In this document: piece by piece, positions 1 to 10,285 of the stretch
How positions within the stretch are numbered: the first letter of the stretch is position 1
How the letters are laid out: the number at the start of each line of letters is the position of its first letter
Assembly (NCBI GenBank): GCA_963775465.1
Contig: CAVZIW010000006.1
Location: 160,001 to 224,000, forward strand
Direction: 5' to 3'
DNA: 64,000 nucleotides
Source of the DNA: Candidatus Bathyarchaeota archaeon
Lineage (GTDB): Archaea; Thermoproteota; Bathyarchaeia; Bathyarchaeales; Bathycorpusculaceae
Position numbers and translations under genes: made by a program
The notes under the pieces: generated by a model
The model's database searches: none
Told to the model about the DNA's origin: nothing
The model's input: the letters and a program-made list of their open reading frames with translations, nothing else

Positions 1-2
1 TT

Positions 3-617
3 CTGCTTTTATTTTTTATTCCTAACCTTCTGTTATTGACACCTTGGGTTTGGGATATGTACAAGTTTTTCATGTTTGCTTGGGTTCCCATCGCTGTTTT
101 GTTAGGAATTGTTTTGGCTAAGGTTAAATGGCGAATTGTTGTGGTGGCGTTGGTTTTAGTTTCAGTTTTGACATCCACAAGTGTCATAATTTATAATGTT
201 GGTACAGAGTACCAAGGAGCTAACTGGGACGAGTACAATTTGGGGCTATGGATTAGAGATAACACCCCGCAGAATTCGGTGTTTTTAACGTATTATGGCA
301 TTCATGAACCGCCGACCATGATAGGTGGGCGCTTGCGTGTTTCGTCATATGTGTATTGGCCCTATGGGCATGGGGTCCCCTTGGATCAAGTCTTCCAGAG
401 GGAAAATGAAATTGACTCTGCATTCAACGGAACAGAAACCCAGTTGGCAGCAATAGTTCGCCTGTACAATGTTAGTTACGTTTATGTTGGAAACGAAGAA
501 CTCGACAACTACCCTGCTTGTATAATCCATTTCGCTTCTATAAACTGGTTAACAACTGTTTATTCGGAGAGGACATTTAGGGTTTACCAAATAGATTGGG
601 CTTTGATGGATAGTTAG
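3..617 (+). CDS. Membrane protein, C-terminal part (GT-C/DUF2298-like); truncated by window start
   Basis: Frame open from position 3; TM helices followed by 'WIRDNTPQNSVFL...YNVSYVYVG..E', typical of the C-terminus of GT-C-like membrane proteins. Confidence 0.6.
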   Translation: MLLFFIPNLLLLTPWVWDMYKFFMFAWVPIAVLLGIVLAKVKWRIVVVALVLVSVLTSTSVIIYNVGTEYQGANWDEYNLGLWIRDNTPQNSVFLTYYGIHEPPTMIGGRLRVSSYVYWPYGHGVPLDQVFQRENEIDSAFNGTETQLAAIVRLYNVSYVYVGNEELDNYPACIIHFASINWLTTVYSERTFRVYQIDWALMDS

Positions 618-665
618 ATGTTGCTTCAAAAATCTTATATACTCAGACACTTGAAAAGTGAAACT

Positions 666-1067
666 ATGACCTCTAAGGCAATTAATTTAGGTTTAATTCA
701 CAAAATCCTCATAATATTTGTTACGATAAATATTATAGGTGACATCGGCAACGTTGCTTTTTGGTGGGTAAGCCCTGATTCAAGGGCAGCGTCGCTGAAC
801 ACAGGATACATTGGTGTTGTAGCAGGCATCGACAACGCGCTAGTCGCAGGGACAATAATCCTATTAGTTGTTGCAGCGGTTTACATTGTCGCTCTCTTCG
901 GCTTGCTAAAGAAGATGACTTGGGCACCATTATTAGTTATAGCTATATCCATCGCTAACCGTGTTATCGCATTGCCGCTCTACTTTATCAGTCCCGCTTT
1001 CGCCTTTTGGGCAATCTGGACAGTAATTCTTGTCGTTGTTTCCTATCTTGATTGGCGCAAAATGTAG
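666..1067 (+). CDS. Hypothetical membrane protein (~4 TM)
   Basis: Four hydrophobic segments; ATG at 666 lies downstream of a TATA-like 'ttatata' near 634. Confidence 0.65.
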   Translation: MTSKAINLGLIHKILIIFVTINIIGDIGNVAFWWVSPDSRAASLNTGYIGVVAGIDNALVAGTIILLVVAAVYIVALFGLLKKMTWAPLLVIAISIANRVIALPLYFISPAFAFWAIWTVILVVVSYLDWRKM

Positions 1068-1098
1068 ATAATGCCGCAAGGATAAACTTTTTTCTTTT

Positions 1099-1590
1099 TT
1101 AACTTTCGGTCTTTAGCGGGGTAATATGTTTTTTACCGCTTAGGTAGTTAATGTCAATCCTGCCCATGGTGGTTTTCTGCAGTTTTTCTGGCTTGATTTT
1201 GGAGAGCTTTAGTTCAGGGTTTGGGGCTACTTGAAGTATGAGAACTTGTATTGCGTGCCATTTTTCCTTAAGTTCAGAAATAAGACTAAATGTGCCACTG
1301 AAGTGAACGCATGTGTAAGCATAGTCGCATTCGTCAGTTACACCGAAATCCAGCACTGCCTGACCCCATACGCGGTTGTTGGACTGTGCATAAATCAGCT
1401 TTTTACCTTGGGGTGCACAATGAAAATATAGGCAGTTTCTTATTTCGTCATATCCATGGCTCAAAGCTACGAGGTAAGGCTCATTGTCTTTGCTGAGTGC
1501 GATAGTGACATATTTTGTGGTTTTTAGAACTTGACGCATTTCAGTGAGGTCAGTGATTTCGCGTTCTTTGCGACGGACATGAAACGACAT
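1099..1590 (-). CDS. Pyridoxamine 5'-phosphate oxidase-like / NimA family flavin-binding protein
   Basis: 'RRKEREI...PYLVALSHGY...LYFHCAPQGKK' signature; RBS GGTG upstream of ATG 1590. Confidence 0.85.
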   Translation of the reverse strand: MSFHVRRKEREITDLTEMRQVLKTTKYVTIALSKDNEPYLVALSHGYDEIRNCLYFHCAPQGKKLIYAQSNNRVWGQAVLDFGVTDECDYAYTCVHFSGTFSLISELKEKWHAIQVLILQVAPNPELKLSKIKPEKLQKTTMGRIDINYLSGKKHITPLKTES

Positions 1591-1623
1591 ACTTCTCACC
1601 TAATTGATTTGATGCTGTTTATT

Positions 1624-2139
1624 TTAGCGTTTGCCCCTGTGGTAAGTTTTTGCTATCTTGTTTTTGATGAAGCCAATTACGCTAGGAGTAAATATGGAAA
1701 GCGACGCCAAGGCAAAGTTTAACGGGAAAACCATTGGGTATTCAAATAGATTCCCACCGTATGACCCCATGATATTTTGGAGGTTACCCCAAAGCTGAAA
1801 GAGTGACCAGAGGCTTGTCCACAGCAATGCGCCTCCAAGTCGAGCTAAATATTTTTGCTTTCGAGTGAATCCTTCTTTGTGAAGGTTCGTGTATAGAATT
1901 TCTCCTGCAACTGCTCCTGCGCCTCCTGGAAAAAAGGCGTTAACCAGAATCTTCTCCACTAAATTACCTGGAATATAGTGATCAACCCATGGAACTGCAA
2001 GCAAACTTAAACCGGGGAGTAGAACGTTGCCTGTTACTACTCGAACCAAAACTGGTAGCGCGTATATGACTGCGCCGCCAATTTGCCAAACCCAAAATCG
2101 TTTCGACCTAAACAAGTTTGCAATTGCATTCAAGCGCAT
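1624..2139 (-). CDS. Hypothetical membrane protein
   Basis: Several TM segments; TATA-like 'tttttatata' ~25 nt upstream of ATG 2139. Confidence 0.6.
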   Translation of the reverse strand: MRLNAIANLFRSKRFWVWQIGGAVIYALPVLVRVVTGNVLLPGLSLLAVPWVDHYIPGNLVEKILVNAFFPGGAGAVAGEILYTNLHKEGFTRKQKYLARLGGALLWTSLWSLFQLWGNLQNIMGSYGGNLFEYPMVFPLNFALASLSIFTPSVIGFIKNKIAKTYHRGKR

Positions 2140-2213
2140 AGCAACTAAGAATTCTTGATTATATAAAAAACCTTTCAGCAATAAAGAGAAGAAGTCATCG
2201 CTAATAGTGTCTG

Positions 2214-3161
2214 TTAAGGGCGATAACCGTTAAGAGTCGCTAAGGCTAGTGCAGAGGCAGTTAAATCCGCCGTTGTTCCCGGGTTGCATTTGTTTCCTGA
2301 GGAGCGGAGTTTCTTGTCAAAGGCTTTAAGACTTTTTCTTCCCTTGATTGTCTCGAGTCCGCCGAGTTCTAGCACAATTTTTGCTTCTGATGATACTTCA
2401 AGGGCTTTTTCTTTGCCGACTTTTCGGGCTATGAATGTGTCTGGTCGTGTTGAAAGGATTTTAAGGAATGTATGTACGATTGTAACGTTTAATGGCTTAT
2501 GATTCAGTTGTTGCTCTAAGTAGGGATAGGCCAAGTCAAAGGTTACAGGGTAATTGTTAACCCATTCGTGACAAATATCATCGTAGTCTTGAGCTAACTT
2601 GAATACTTCAAATAATCCAACATTTTCCTTAATCAACCGCTCTTTTGAGTTTGGGTTAGAAACATCCAAATCGGGTGCACCGCCTAAACCACTTGGATTT
2701 GCAATATCCACTGCTTCATACAGATGCACTGAATCCACAGCGCTTGTGGATTTAACTACTGTTTTTAGGTTTCTGCGCATAACTGAAAAATCAATAGCTG
2801 TATCTTTTTTTTGCGCCGTCATGCCAGCAGCGACCGCTAGAGGTACAAGCAGCATAATAGTTCCCAAAATCGTGTTGCCTCCTCGCTGCCAAACTGCAAC
2901 ATTCATTGCACAAACTTTAATCAACTCACCAACACCGACTTTGCCTGCCTCAAGCCTGCCTTCTAATACCTCCACACCGCGTTGAGCTGCTTTTTGAAAT
3001 GTAGGTCCAACTGCAACCGCAGAAGCCAAAAAATGCTCCGCTCTGGTTCCTTGAAAACCTGTTTCAAAACCCACGTTTCCAGGTTTTTGAACGCTTACCT
3101 CAAGAACGGTTGCTAACTGTAGACAGCGCGATATGTTTTGGGTTTTTTCGCAGTTACTCAT
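2214..3161 (-). CDS. citG: CitG/MdcB family triphosphoribosyl transferase (archaeal type)
   Basis: 'LEVSVQKPGNV', 'NTILG', 'DTFIARK', 'NPGTTADL' motifs. Confidence 0.88.
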   Translation of the reverse strand: MSNCEKTQNISRCLQLATVLEVSVQKPGNVGFETGFQGTRAEHFLASAVAVGPTFQKAAQRGVEVLEGRLEAGKVGVGELIKVCAMNVAVWQRGGNTILGTIMLLVPLAVAAGMTAQKKDTAIDFSVMRRNLKTVVKSTSAVDSVHLYEAVDIANPSGLGGAPDLDVSNPNSKERLIKENVGLFEVFKLAQDYDDICHEWVNNYPVTFDLAYPYLEQQLNHKPLNVTIVHTFLKILSTRPDTFIARKVGKEKALEVSSEAKIVLELGGLETIKGRKSLKAFDKKLRSSGNKCNPGTTADLTASALALATLNGYRP

Positions 3162-3233
3162 TGATAGCTCTAGCTATTCTGGTTCAAAAAAGCTTTATTA
3201 AAGTTTTTAGGCTTCAACCTTGAAGCGTTTATT

Positions 3234-4250
3234 ATGATGCCTCGAGAAGGGGACTTAATCAAAACAAAAAGCGGTGTAGTCTTTGATGTTAAGGGACTTA
3301 TTCATCCACCAAGTAAAATTATTGCGTTTCCACGCTTTATTCCATCGCCCGAGGGTACCCGAAAAGGCAAAAATGCGACTTATGGCAAAATTTACAGTCT
3401 CGGTGACCGGTTCAATTATCTGCAGCAGAACCATCCTGACCTCATAGTTTTTGACCCTGTTTTCGGTGAAACTCTCTGCGAAGTGCCCTTTAGCCATATT
3501 GCCACGCACTATCGGCCAACAGAAAAACTCGCTTCACTTCTCAAAGCTAAACATCTAACAGAACTCGAAAACAAGGCTTTACAGCTTGCGATAAGGCTAA
3601 AAGAAAAAGCCAAAATTCCATGGAGCGCTATTGGTATTTCAGGTTCGATCATGGTGGGTTTAACTAATGAAGCCTCAGACATTGACCCCCTTGTTTATGG
3701 CACAGAAAATAGCCAAAAAGCATACATTGCACTGCAGAAGCTCCGTTGTGAAGCGGATTCAGACTTCAAACCCTATACTCAAGATGAACTCCACGATCTC
3801 TTCGACTTTCGTTCGAAAGATACACAGATGAGCTTCGAAGACTTCGCAGTAGTCGAAAGTCGTAAAGCTTTCCAAGGAAAATTCATGAAAACCGATTACT
3901 ACATTCGATTTGTGAAAGATTGGAGTGACCTCAATGAACAATATGGCGACATGTGTTTCAAAAACAGTGGTTATTCAAGAATAGTAGCCACCACAGCTGA
4001 CAGTTCCAACGCACTTTTCACTCCCTGCACTTACAAACTAAAAGACGTGCAAGTGCTTGAAGGACCCAAACTTGCACCAATTGAGGAAGTGGTGTCTTTT
4101 CGCGGAAGATTCTGTAAACAAGCCTTCGACGGAGAAAAAATTGAGGCGCAGGGCAAAGTTGAGTTAGTGACAAACAAGAAAAATACTGCGAAACATTACC
4201 GTTTAATTCTAGGCAATAAGCCTGCCGATTATATGGTGCTATTGCGTTAA
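3234..4250 (+). CDS. Nucleotidyltransferase, COG1665-like, paralog 1
   Basis: Pol-beta motif 'GISGS...SDID'; N-terminal 'REGD...F.VKG..HP'; C-terminal 'IEAQGKVE'. Confidence 0.8.
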   Translation: MMPREGDLIKTKSGVVFDVKGLIHPPSKIIAFPRFIPSPEGTRKGKNATYGKIYSLGDRFNYLQQNHPDLIVFDPVFGETLCEVPFSHIATHYRPTEKLASLLKAKHLTELENKALQLAIRLKEKAKIPWSAIGISGSIMVGLTNEASDIDPLVYGTENSQKAYIALQKLRCEADSDFKPYTQDELHDLFDFRSKDTQMSFEDFAVVESRKAFQGKFMKTDYYIRFVKDWSDLNEQYGDMCFKNSGYSRIVATTADSSNALFTPCTYKLKDVQVLEGPKLAPIEEVVSFRGRFCKQAFDGEKIEAQGKVELVTNKKNTAKHYRLILGNKPADYMVLLR

Positions 4251-5320
4251 TGAATTACTTTTAGGACTTGTTCGTAGTAGCGTGGGCAATAAGTAAGGGT
4301 GATTTGGCTGAAACTATCCTTTGGAGAATCAATCTCCTCTAAGTTGCCTTCCACGACTATGATTTCGTCTTTTTTGGCTTGTTGGCGGAACTCCTCCATA
4401 TAAGAGAAGATACGCGTCACTCCCATTGCCTCTTTTGGACCGCTTAACACCTCTAAGGGTTCTATGCCATATACCGATGGAATAAACGGTGAATCCTCGT
4501 CGGTGGTTACGCGGGCTCGGATTCTTGACCAACCCCTCTGCATGATGTGTGCCTTGGGGTTATATTCCGATTTGATTTCGTTCCAAGCTTTCACAGGCTC
4601 AAACTCAGCCTTAATCACTCTGCCACTATCTTTACGGTCATCATACAAGCCGTAAATCATCTTGCGGCGTTGATGCCACACAAAATCTTTAACATCAAAG
4701 TTTTTGAATCGCCAATCTTTACCTTTCATGACTTCATAGGATTCAAACTCGTTTTTTAAACCAGAATTGTTGTCAGCATAAAGTTCACTCATGGTTTGGC
4801 AAATTTTTGCGTTTTCTTCTTTGCCATAAATAGTAAAATCAATGTCTGAATATTTTGGGTGATGAAAACCATGGAGCATGGATCCGAAAACGCCGAAACT
4901 TTTTGAAGACACACCTGAAATTTTAGTCGTTATACCCAGGACCTTTTCCATTGCTGATAACAAGGGATCAATTGGTCCTGTCTTTAGCAGTTCTTCTAAA
5001 CGTGGTTGTGGTTGTCTGGCTTCAATGATTAAGTTTTGAGGAACGCCAACGATTCTTAACCCCAGCATTTCATGGTTAACAAGGTAATGAGGATATTTTT
5101 TTGTGACGAGTTTCATGCCTTCGTCATTATAGAATTTGTAGTAAAGTTCGCCTCTGCCTTCTCTGGGCGCCCGTGGATCTGTTGAATGGAAAATCTTTGA
5201 GGAAGCATATTCAGCATCACAGATGTAGCTGTCTTTGGGGTGGCTGTAACCGAAGACTCGGAAAATTATGCCTTCGGCTGTTTGAATAGCATCGCGGTCG
5301 CGCAGGTTTAGATTGGCCAT
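4247..5320 (-). CDS. Nucleotidyltransferase, COG1665-like, paralog 2
   Basis: 'GVFGS...SDIDF', 'RDRD...FRVFGYSHP', 'VVEGNLE'; ATG 5320 overlaps the stop of the upstream paralog. Confidence 0.8.
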   Translation of the reverse strand: MANLNLRDRDAIQTAEGIIFRVFGYSHPKDSYICDAEYASSKIFHSTDPRAPREGRGELYYKFYNDEGMKLVTKKYPHYLVNHEMLGLRIVGVPQNLIIEARQPQPRLEELLKTGPIDPLLSAMEKVLGITTKISGVSSKSFGVFGSMLHGFHHPKYSDIDFTIYGKEENAKICQTMSELYADNNSGLKNEFESYEVMKGKDWRFKNFDVKDFVWHQRRKMIYGLYDDRKDSGRVIKAEFEPVKAWNEIKSEYNPKAHIMQRGWSRIRARVTTDEDSPFIPSVYGIEPLEVLSGPKEAMGVTRIFSYMEEFRQQAKKDEIIVVEGNLEEIDSPKDSFSQITLTYCPRYYEQVLKVIH

Positions 5321-6408
5321 ATGTATTCTTCTTCTGAAGTGGCTGTTCCGACAACAACTTGGTAGAAGACGCTGCCGTCTTTGATGCTTTGGGCTTTTTC
5401 GAGGGTGCCTGCGACTTTTATTTGTTGTCCAGCTCTTGCAACGTTTCGGTAGCAACCGATGTTTGAAGTAACGATGGTTGGTGTTTGTTCGAGGGCAATT
5501 TCACTTTGGGCGTCTTGTGGTTGATAGTGGCTTATTCTGTAGATTGCAGGTCGATACATCGTTTGTGTGTCACTGCAAACTGTTGCGGTAAATCTCAGCT
5601 GGGAAAGAGGCGTGAAAGTATAATCGCCGTATTGAATTTTTATTTCATCAGGTTTCTTGGTTGCATTGTACATCCATATTTTGCCCTGATATTTTCCTAC
5701 AAACTTTCGGGCTGCTTCGATGCGGTTGCCCGCGATGTATGTAAATTTCGCTTCATTAACAAGACGCTGTATGGCTTGTTCAACTTGGCGGAAGTTTTCT
5801 GTGCCATAAACGACAAAGTCTATGTCTGATTCAGGTGCATGCATCTCCAATGCAATTGAACCATGAATGCCCAAATCACTTTTTGGAACACCTGCTTCTT
5901 TGGAGACTATATCAATTAGTTCAAGTGCTAGTGATTGGAGGCTATCGGGGTTCTTTAGGTTCTGTAGCCAAACGAGGCGATCTTTGGGCACGAATACTTG
6001 CTCGATTTTTTCCAGAGGTGCCGTTATTAGTTCTTTGCTTCGGGTCTGGTCGTAAAATAGGTAGTCGGGGAAAGTTTTTCGGAATGCTTCGATGAATGTT
6101 TGATAGTTTTTAGCAGTGTACAGTTTTTCAGCGCGAAAAAGCTGGCTGGTCATTGGGTTTGTACCAAAACGCCATGTACGTGAGAGCATTTCCACTTTGA
6201 AAAGTGCTTTGTACTGAGCTGGAATATACTTGAGAAATGCGAAGACACGGTCGTCGGGGTGTTCATACCCAAAAGTGTTCATGATAAAACCGTCTTTAGT
6301 GACGAATGTGTCTCCATCCATCGGCGTCCAAATTTGTGGTTCTTCTTCCGTAATCGTGCACCGCAAAAATAAGGTTGGACGTTGATTAAAAAAGCTATTT
6401 GTCAGCAA
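5308..6408 (-). CDS. Nucleotidyltransferase, COG1665-like, paralog 3 (true start probably ~6354)
   Basis: 'GIHGS...SDIDF', 'MDGD...GYEHP', 'KVAGTLE'. Confidence 0.8.
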   Translation of the reverse strand: MLTNSFFNQRPTLFLRCTITEEEPQIWTPMDGDTFVTKDGFIMNTFGYEHPDDRVFAFLKYIPAQYKALFKVEMLSRTWRFGTNPMTSQLFRAEKLYTAKNYQTFIEAFRKTFPDYLFYDQTRSKELITAPLEKIEQVFVPKDRLVWLQNLKNPDSLQSLALELIDIVSKEAGVPKSDLGIHGSIALEMHAPESDIDFVVYGTENFRQVEQAIQRLVNEAKFTYIAGNRIEAARKFVGKYQGKIWMYNATKKPDEIKIQYGDYTFTPLSQLRFTATVCSDTQTMYRPAIYRISHYQPQDAQSEIALEQTPTIVTSNIGCYRNVARAGQQIKVAGTLEKAQSIKDGSVFYQVVVGTATSEEEYIWPI

Positions 6409-6566
6409 CTTGATTATAATTTTTAGTAAATTCCAAGTTTAAATTACTGAGCCAGAAACTTTGCTTTTAAAGCTCTAAGGTCCTTGTAGGGGTAGAAATT
6501 TAATATAGACGCTTGACAAAATATACATTTACGATGTTATTTTCTGTTGCTGGGGATCGGTAAAAT

Positions 6567-7235
6567 ATGGTTTCCACTGGCATTGAAGATTTAGACCATA
6601 TTCTTGAAGACAGAGGTTATCCTGATAGGTCTGCAATTTTATTAATTAGTCCTCCAGGCGCCGGGAATGCACCCCTTGCCTATCTATTCCTGAAGTACGG
6701 CTTTAAGTGTGACGACACTGTAATGTGCCTCACCTCCAAGCCAATTACTGATTTACTAAATGACATGGCAGTTTTCGGCGTAAACAAGCAATCACCTGCA
6801 CAATACATCCAATGCTACGCAGATACATCACCCTACAGCCTAAACAACTTGACAAATCTCTTTATCAATATTAAAAAACAAATAGACACACTCACAGCTG
6901 AGCATAAAAGAATATACATAGACTTTCTTTCAGCTCTCTACATGTTGCATCCCGCTAAAACAGTCTACACATTTATCTGCGGACTTATTCAATACCTAAA
7001 AGACCAGGGTGCAACTATCGTAGCCAGTCTCGACGAAGGAGTGGTCGCTCTTGAGGCTCAACGTTCGATGGAAATGGTGTTTGATGGAGCTATAGAAATA
7101 AAAATCTTTGAAGAACGCTTCAACATAATACCATTAATGAGGGTTAAGAAAATGATGAGCCAAACCCCTTCTTACAATTATTATCGACTTGCCGTCTCAA
7201 AAGGAGAAATACATTTCCATGATTTCAACACTTGA
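6567..7235 (+). CDS. KaiC/RAD55-like protein with degenerate Walker A
   Basis: 'VSTGIEDLD', 'SPPGAGNAP' (no GKT), 'FDGAIEI', 'RVKKM'. Confidence 0.75.
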   Translation: MVSTGIEDLDHILEDRGYPDRSAILLISPPGAGNAPLAYLFLKYGFKCDDTVMCLTSKPITDLLNDMAVFGVNKQSPAQYIQCYADTSPYSLNNLTNLFINIKKQIDTLTAEHKRIYIDFLSALYMLHPAKTVYTFICGLIQYLKDQGATIVASLDEGVVALEAQRSMEMVFDGAIEIKIFEERFNIIPLMRVKKMMSQTPSYNYYRLAVSKGEIHFHDFNT

Positions 7236-7953
7236 AATTGTTCTCCTTCTCATAGGGACCGCAACCGTGCTTGCATTAGCATACAGTTCATTTTGGGCTT
7301 TCTCAATCAGAAGAGCACTCTATGAAAAAACCTATCGCCAACGAGCATTATGGACAGGTGCCTTCGCAACCTATAGCGCCTTAGAAATTGCTCTTATCGT
7401 CTATTTTCCGCACATTATAGGTTCATTAGCTATCAACATTGCTTGGCTTATCCTTGGTAGTGCATTATTACTTATATTGACTGTCTGGGCTTCCAGTAAC
7501 ATAAAAGTAGTTGTCTCTCTTGACCCGTATCACAAAAACCGCATGAAATGGCTTCAAACAAAAAAAATAGTTTGGTTAATTTCAATTCTTATCGTTGCTA
7601 TGAACATAGCTCCAGCACTCTACCTGCTGGGATACATTGATTATGCCCCTGTTTTTACCTTTATTAATACTTTGCAATTGACCTTCTTTGTAGCCCTCTT
7701 GGTATACCTGATTTCAGTAGCTCTGGCTTACCAATCTGTAATTCATGACAAACTTATGAAAGCATACCTCGAATCTTTCCTCTTCCTGCTCATAATACTA
7801 ATGTTAAACATCGTGCTATCGCCCGTATCTTCAGCTCTGGGTCTTTTTATAGGGCCATTTGCATTAACCGACAGCCTATTAATTCTCTCAGCATTCTTCC
7901 TTTATCGAATGTCAAAATCACTAGTTCCGGTAATAACAAAAATAAACCTGTAA
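7219..7953 (+). CDS. Seven-TM membrane protein, putative sensor
   Basis: About 7 hydrophobic helices; ATG overlaps the end of the KaiC-like gene. Confidence 0.65.
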   Translation: MISTLEIVLLLIGTATVLALAYSSFWAFSIRRALYEKTYRQRALWTGAFATYSALEIALIVYFPHIIGSLAINIAWLILGSALLLILTVWASSNIKVVVSLDPYHKNRMKWLQTKKIVWLISILIVAMNIAPALYLLGYIDYAPVFTFINTLQLTFFVALLVYLISVALAYQSVIHDKLMKAYLESFLFLLIILMLNIVLSPVSSALGLFIGPFALTDSLLILSAFFLYRMSKSLVPVITKINL

Positions 7954-8219
7954 CATACTTTTGCTTCGAAAGTTTAAACCCAAAATCAATCTCCTTTACT
8001 TCATTTGTTCCATCTTCCAACTCGATGCATAGCCAATTGAAGGCTACGCAATAGAGCTATTGATGCTTTATGAATGAACTAATAATCAAGAAAATATAGA
8101 CGGAATTCATTATACACGCTTTTCGAAAATACTGATTTCTTACAATTAAGAAAATAATTTTATGTTCGTTGTTAATTTGAAAAGAAAATTATGGGGAAAA
8201 CATTCCCAAACTTGAGTAT

Positions 8220-8978
8220 CTATTTTTCGTTAAATATAGACATTGAAGGGTACACTTCAATCCCTGTTTGATCAATTGTATAGGGCACAAGACTTGGATT
8301 CACACTAACCCCTCGCATCTTTGAAACTTGGATGCCTCGAGAAGTTGTTCCACCCATGAAATACGTCTGCATCATTACAACGCCATGAACAAGAAATTCC
8401 TCGTCTGAGATTTTACGTTCAAGCCCTATCTGGCTCAATTCCGTTGTTATGAGAACTGTCACTCCCAAATCTGAAAGTGCCTCAATTAAGTCTACTCCCG
8501 CCGTTCTTCGTTCTGTCAAATCAGTGAACCGATAGAACAATGCAGCTAAAGAGTCAATAATTACCCTCTTAGCGTGTATTTGTTTAATTTTTGCTTGCAG
8601 TTCCTCTATAAGTTTATCGATTTCAAGGGATTTTCCTCTTAGACTACTGGACTCTACCTTCATCATTTTTTCTTTCAACATAGCTACTCTGGAAAGTCTT
8701 GTTGCATCTATGAAAGCAAATTTGCCTTCTTCCTCAGCTTTTTGAAAGTCCCAACCGAAATTCTTCATTTCTGAAAAAAAATGATTTTTATTTTCATCTA
8801 GACTGACCATTATTCCGTCTTCGTTAAATTCACTCAATCCTTTGTATAAGAACTGGGATGTTAGAACAGTTTTTCCAGTGCCTGGTCCTCCTATTACCAA
8901 GATTACTCTTCCTCTTGGGAAACCTCCACTCATTAATTCATCTAATCCGGGGACTCCAGTTGGAACCGTTTCTGTCAT
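8220..8978 (-). CDS. KaiC/RAD55-like single-domain ATPase
   Basis: 'TGVPGLD', Walker A 'GGPGTGKT', Walker B 'RVIIDS', 'KMRG'. Confidence 0.9.
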   Translation of the reverse strand: MTETVPTGVPGLDELMSGGFPRGRVILVIGGPGTGKTVLTSQFLYKGLSEFNEDGIMVSLDENKNHFFSEMKNFGWDFQKAEEEGKFAFIDATRLSRVAMLKEKMMKVESSSLRGKSLEIDKLIEELQAKIKQIHAKRVIIDSLAALFYRFTDLTERRTAGVDLIEALSDLGVTVLITTELSQIGLERKISDEEFLVHGVVMMQTYFMGGTTSRGIQVSKMRGVSVNPSLVPYTIDQTGIEVYPSMSIFNEK

Positions 8979-9094
8979 TTGATTCACCGTTCAAAAAGTC
9001 AATTATTGGATATTTATAAGTTGCGTCAAAAATTAAAGTGGAGAAACCACAGTTGCTGTTTCTTTTCCATCTATCTTTAACTAACTTTTAATGA

Positions 9095-10090
9095 TTATGT
9101 TATCCCGAGAGAGATTTTTAAAACATCCACTTCTAGATTTCCAGCTCGGAATGTTTTGCCTGTTTTTGCGTTAGTTATTGCGACTACTGCTGGAGCAAAT
9201 ATATTTGTGTCGATTTTGTAGAAGTCAAAACCTGCTTCTTTGAAGATATCCATAAAACGTGGACTCTTTTGCGACAAGCGTTTTGCTTCTTTTAGAAACT
9301 CTGAAGCAGACGATGGAGCTTGCCTAACTATATTCTCAAGGGTTGCTTCATCATCGTAATTGCCTGTATAATTAGTTACGCCGCCATACAGGATTGCGTC
9401 ATTTGTCCTCCCCATAGCTTCACCTGCATTAGGATGGACGGGAACTATTGGAGCATATCCCCACGCATGTTTTACTGTTAGTAGGTCAAGTCCAAGTCTT
9501 TCCAACTTATGCAAGCCTGTTTCCACGATTCGACCAGAAACCTGTGTAGCGCCTGAGAGACTAGTTGTAGAAAACATGACCACAAACAAGTTTTTTGTTG
9601 AGACATTACATTTTAAGGCTATTTGTTCAAGAACTGCTTCGGGTGGAGTTGCTTCGGTCTCCAAAACGATTACTGCAATATCTGATTGTTCTTGATGATT
9701 GAGTTTCGTGTAAAGGCCTTTTGGTTTAAGGGCAAGTGCTCTTGCTGGTCCAGAAGCAATTGCCGAATAATTCTCACCTTTTATTTGCCAACCCGCGAAC
9801 TGTGACCCTAATAGCGACAGCGCAGGATGGTCTGTCTGGATAAATACTGAGGGCAAAACAATGTCTTCATATTGTACTGGCATTATAGTGGCTCTTCCAT
9901 ATCCTGCTAGACATATTTCTGTTATAACTTCGCCAGCTAGATATCCTCCTTGAGCATTTATGCCTGCGTCAATTATGGTAGCGCCTACAGAGCTTTTTTC
10001 CACCAAAACTCCATATCTATCAGCATCATCGACTAACTTGTTAAATAAACGCATAGCCGACTTATTTAGGTTGATTTTTGGTGAGGACAT
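9095..10090 (-). CDS. mch: Methenyltetrahydromethanopterin cyclohydrolase
   Basis: 'GSQFAGW', 'SGPARAL', 'QVSGRIVETG', 'MGRTNDAILYGG', 'DFYKID..FAPA'. Confidence 0.93.
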   Translation of the reverse strand: MSSPKINLNKSAMRLFNKLVDDADRYGVLVEKSSVGATIIDAGINAQGGYLAGEVITEICLAGYGRATIMPVQYEDIVLPSVFIQTDHPALSLLGSQFAGWQIKGENYSAIASGPARALALKPKGLYTKLNHQEQSDIAVIVLETEATPPEAVLEQIALKCNVSTKNLFVVMFSTTSLSGATQVSGRIVETGLHKLERLGLDLLTVKHAWGYAPIVPVHPNAGEAMGRTNDAILYGGVTNYTGNYDDEATLENIVRQAPSSASEFLKEAKRLSQKSPRFMDIFKEAGFDFYKIDTNIFAPAVVAITNAKTGKTFRAGNLEVDVLKISLGIT

Positions 10091-10285
10091 GCTGTTTATC
10101 GCTCTTTAAACTTAGGAACAATTAAAATTTGCTAAAATAGATTAAGGTTTTCCTTTCGATGCTGAGAAAGTCGATGTTTTTGTTTATAATATCACGTTTT
10201 GGAGAAAAGGAATTCTAGCCTTTTTGTCTTCAGTTGAACAAAAAATCCGAGGAGATGAGTTTCTTTGAAAGTTCTGGGTTCTTTT

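Noticed and set aside
5321-5455. N-terminal extension of the 4247..5455 ORF
   Set aside because: Overlaps the upstream paralog out of frame; homology starts at ATG 5320
7219-7953. Possible microbial rhodopsin (7 TM)
   Set aside because: No retinal-binding Lys in the DxxxK position of TM7 (reads DSLLI)
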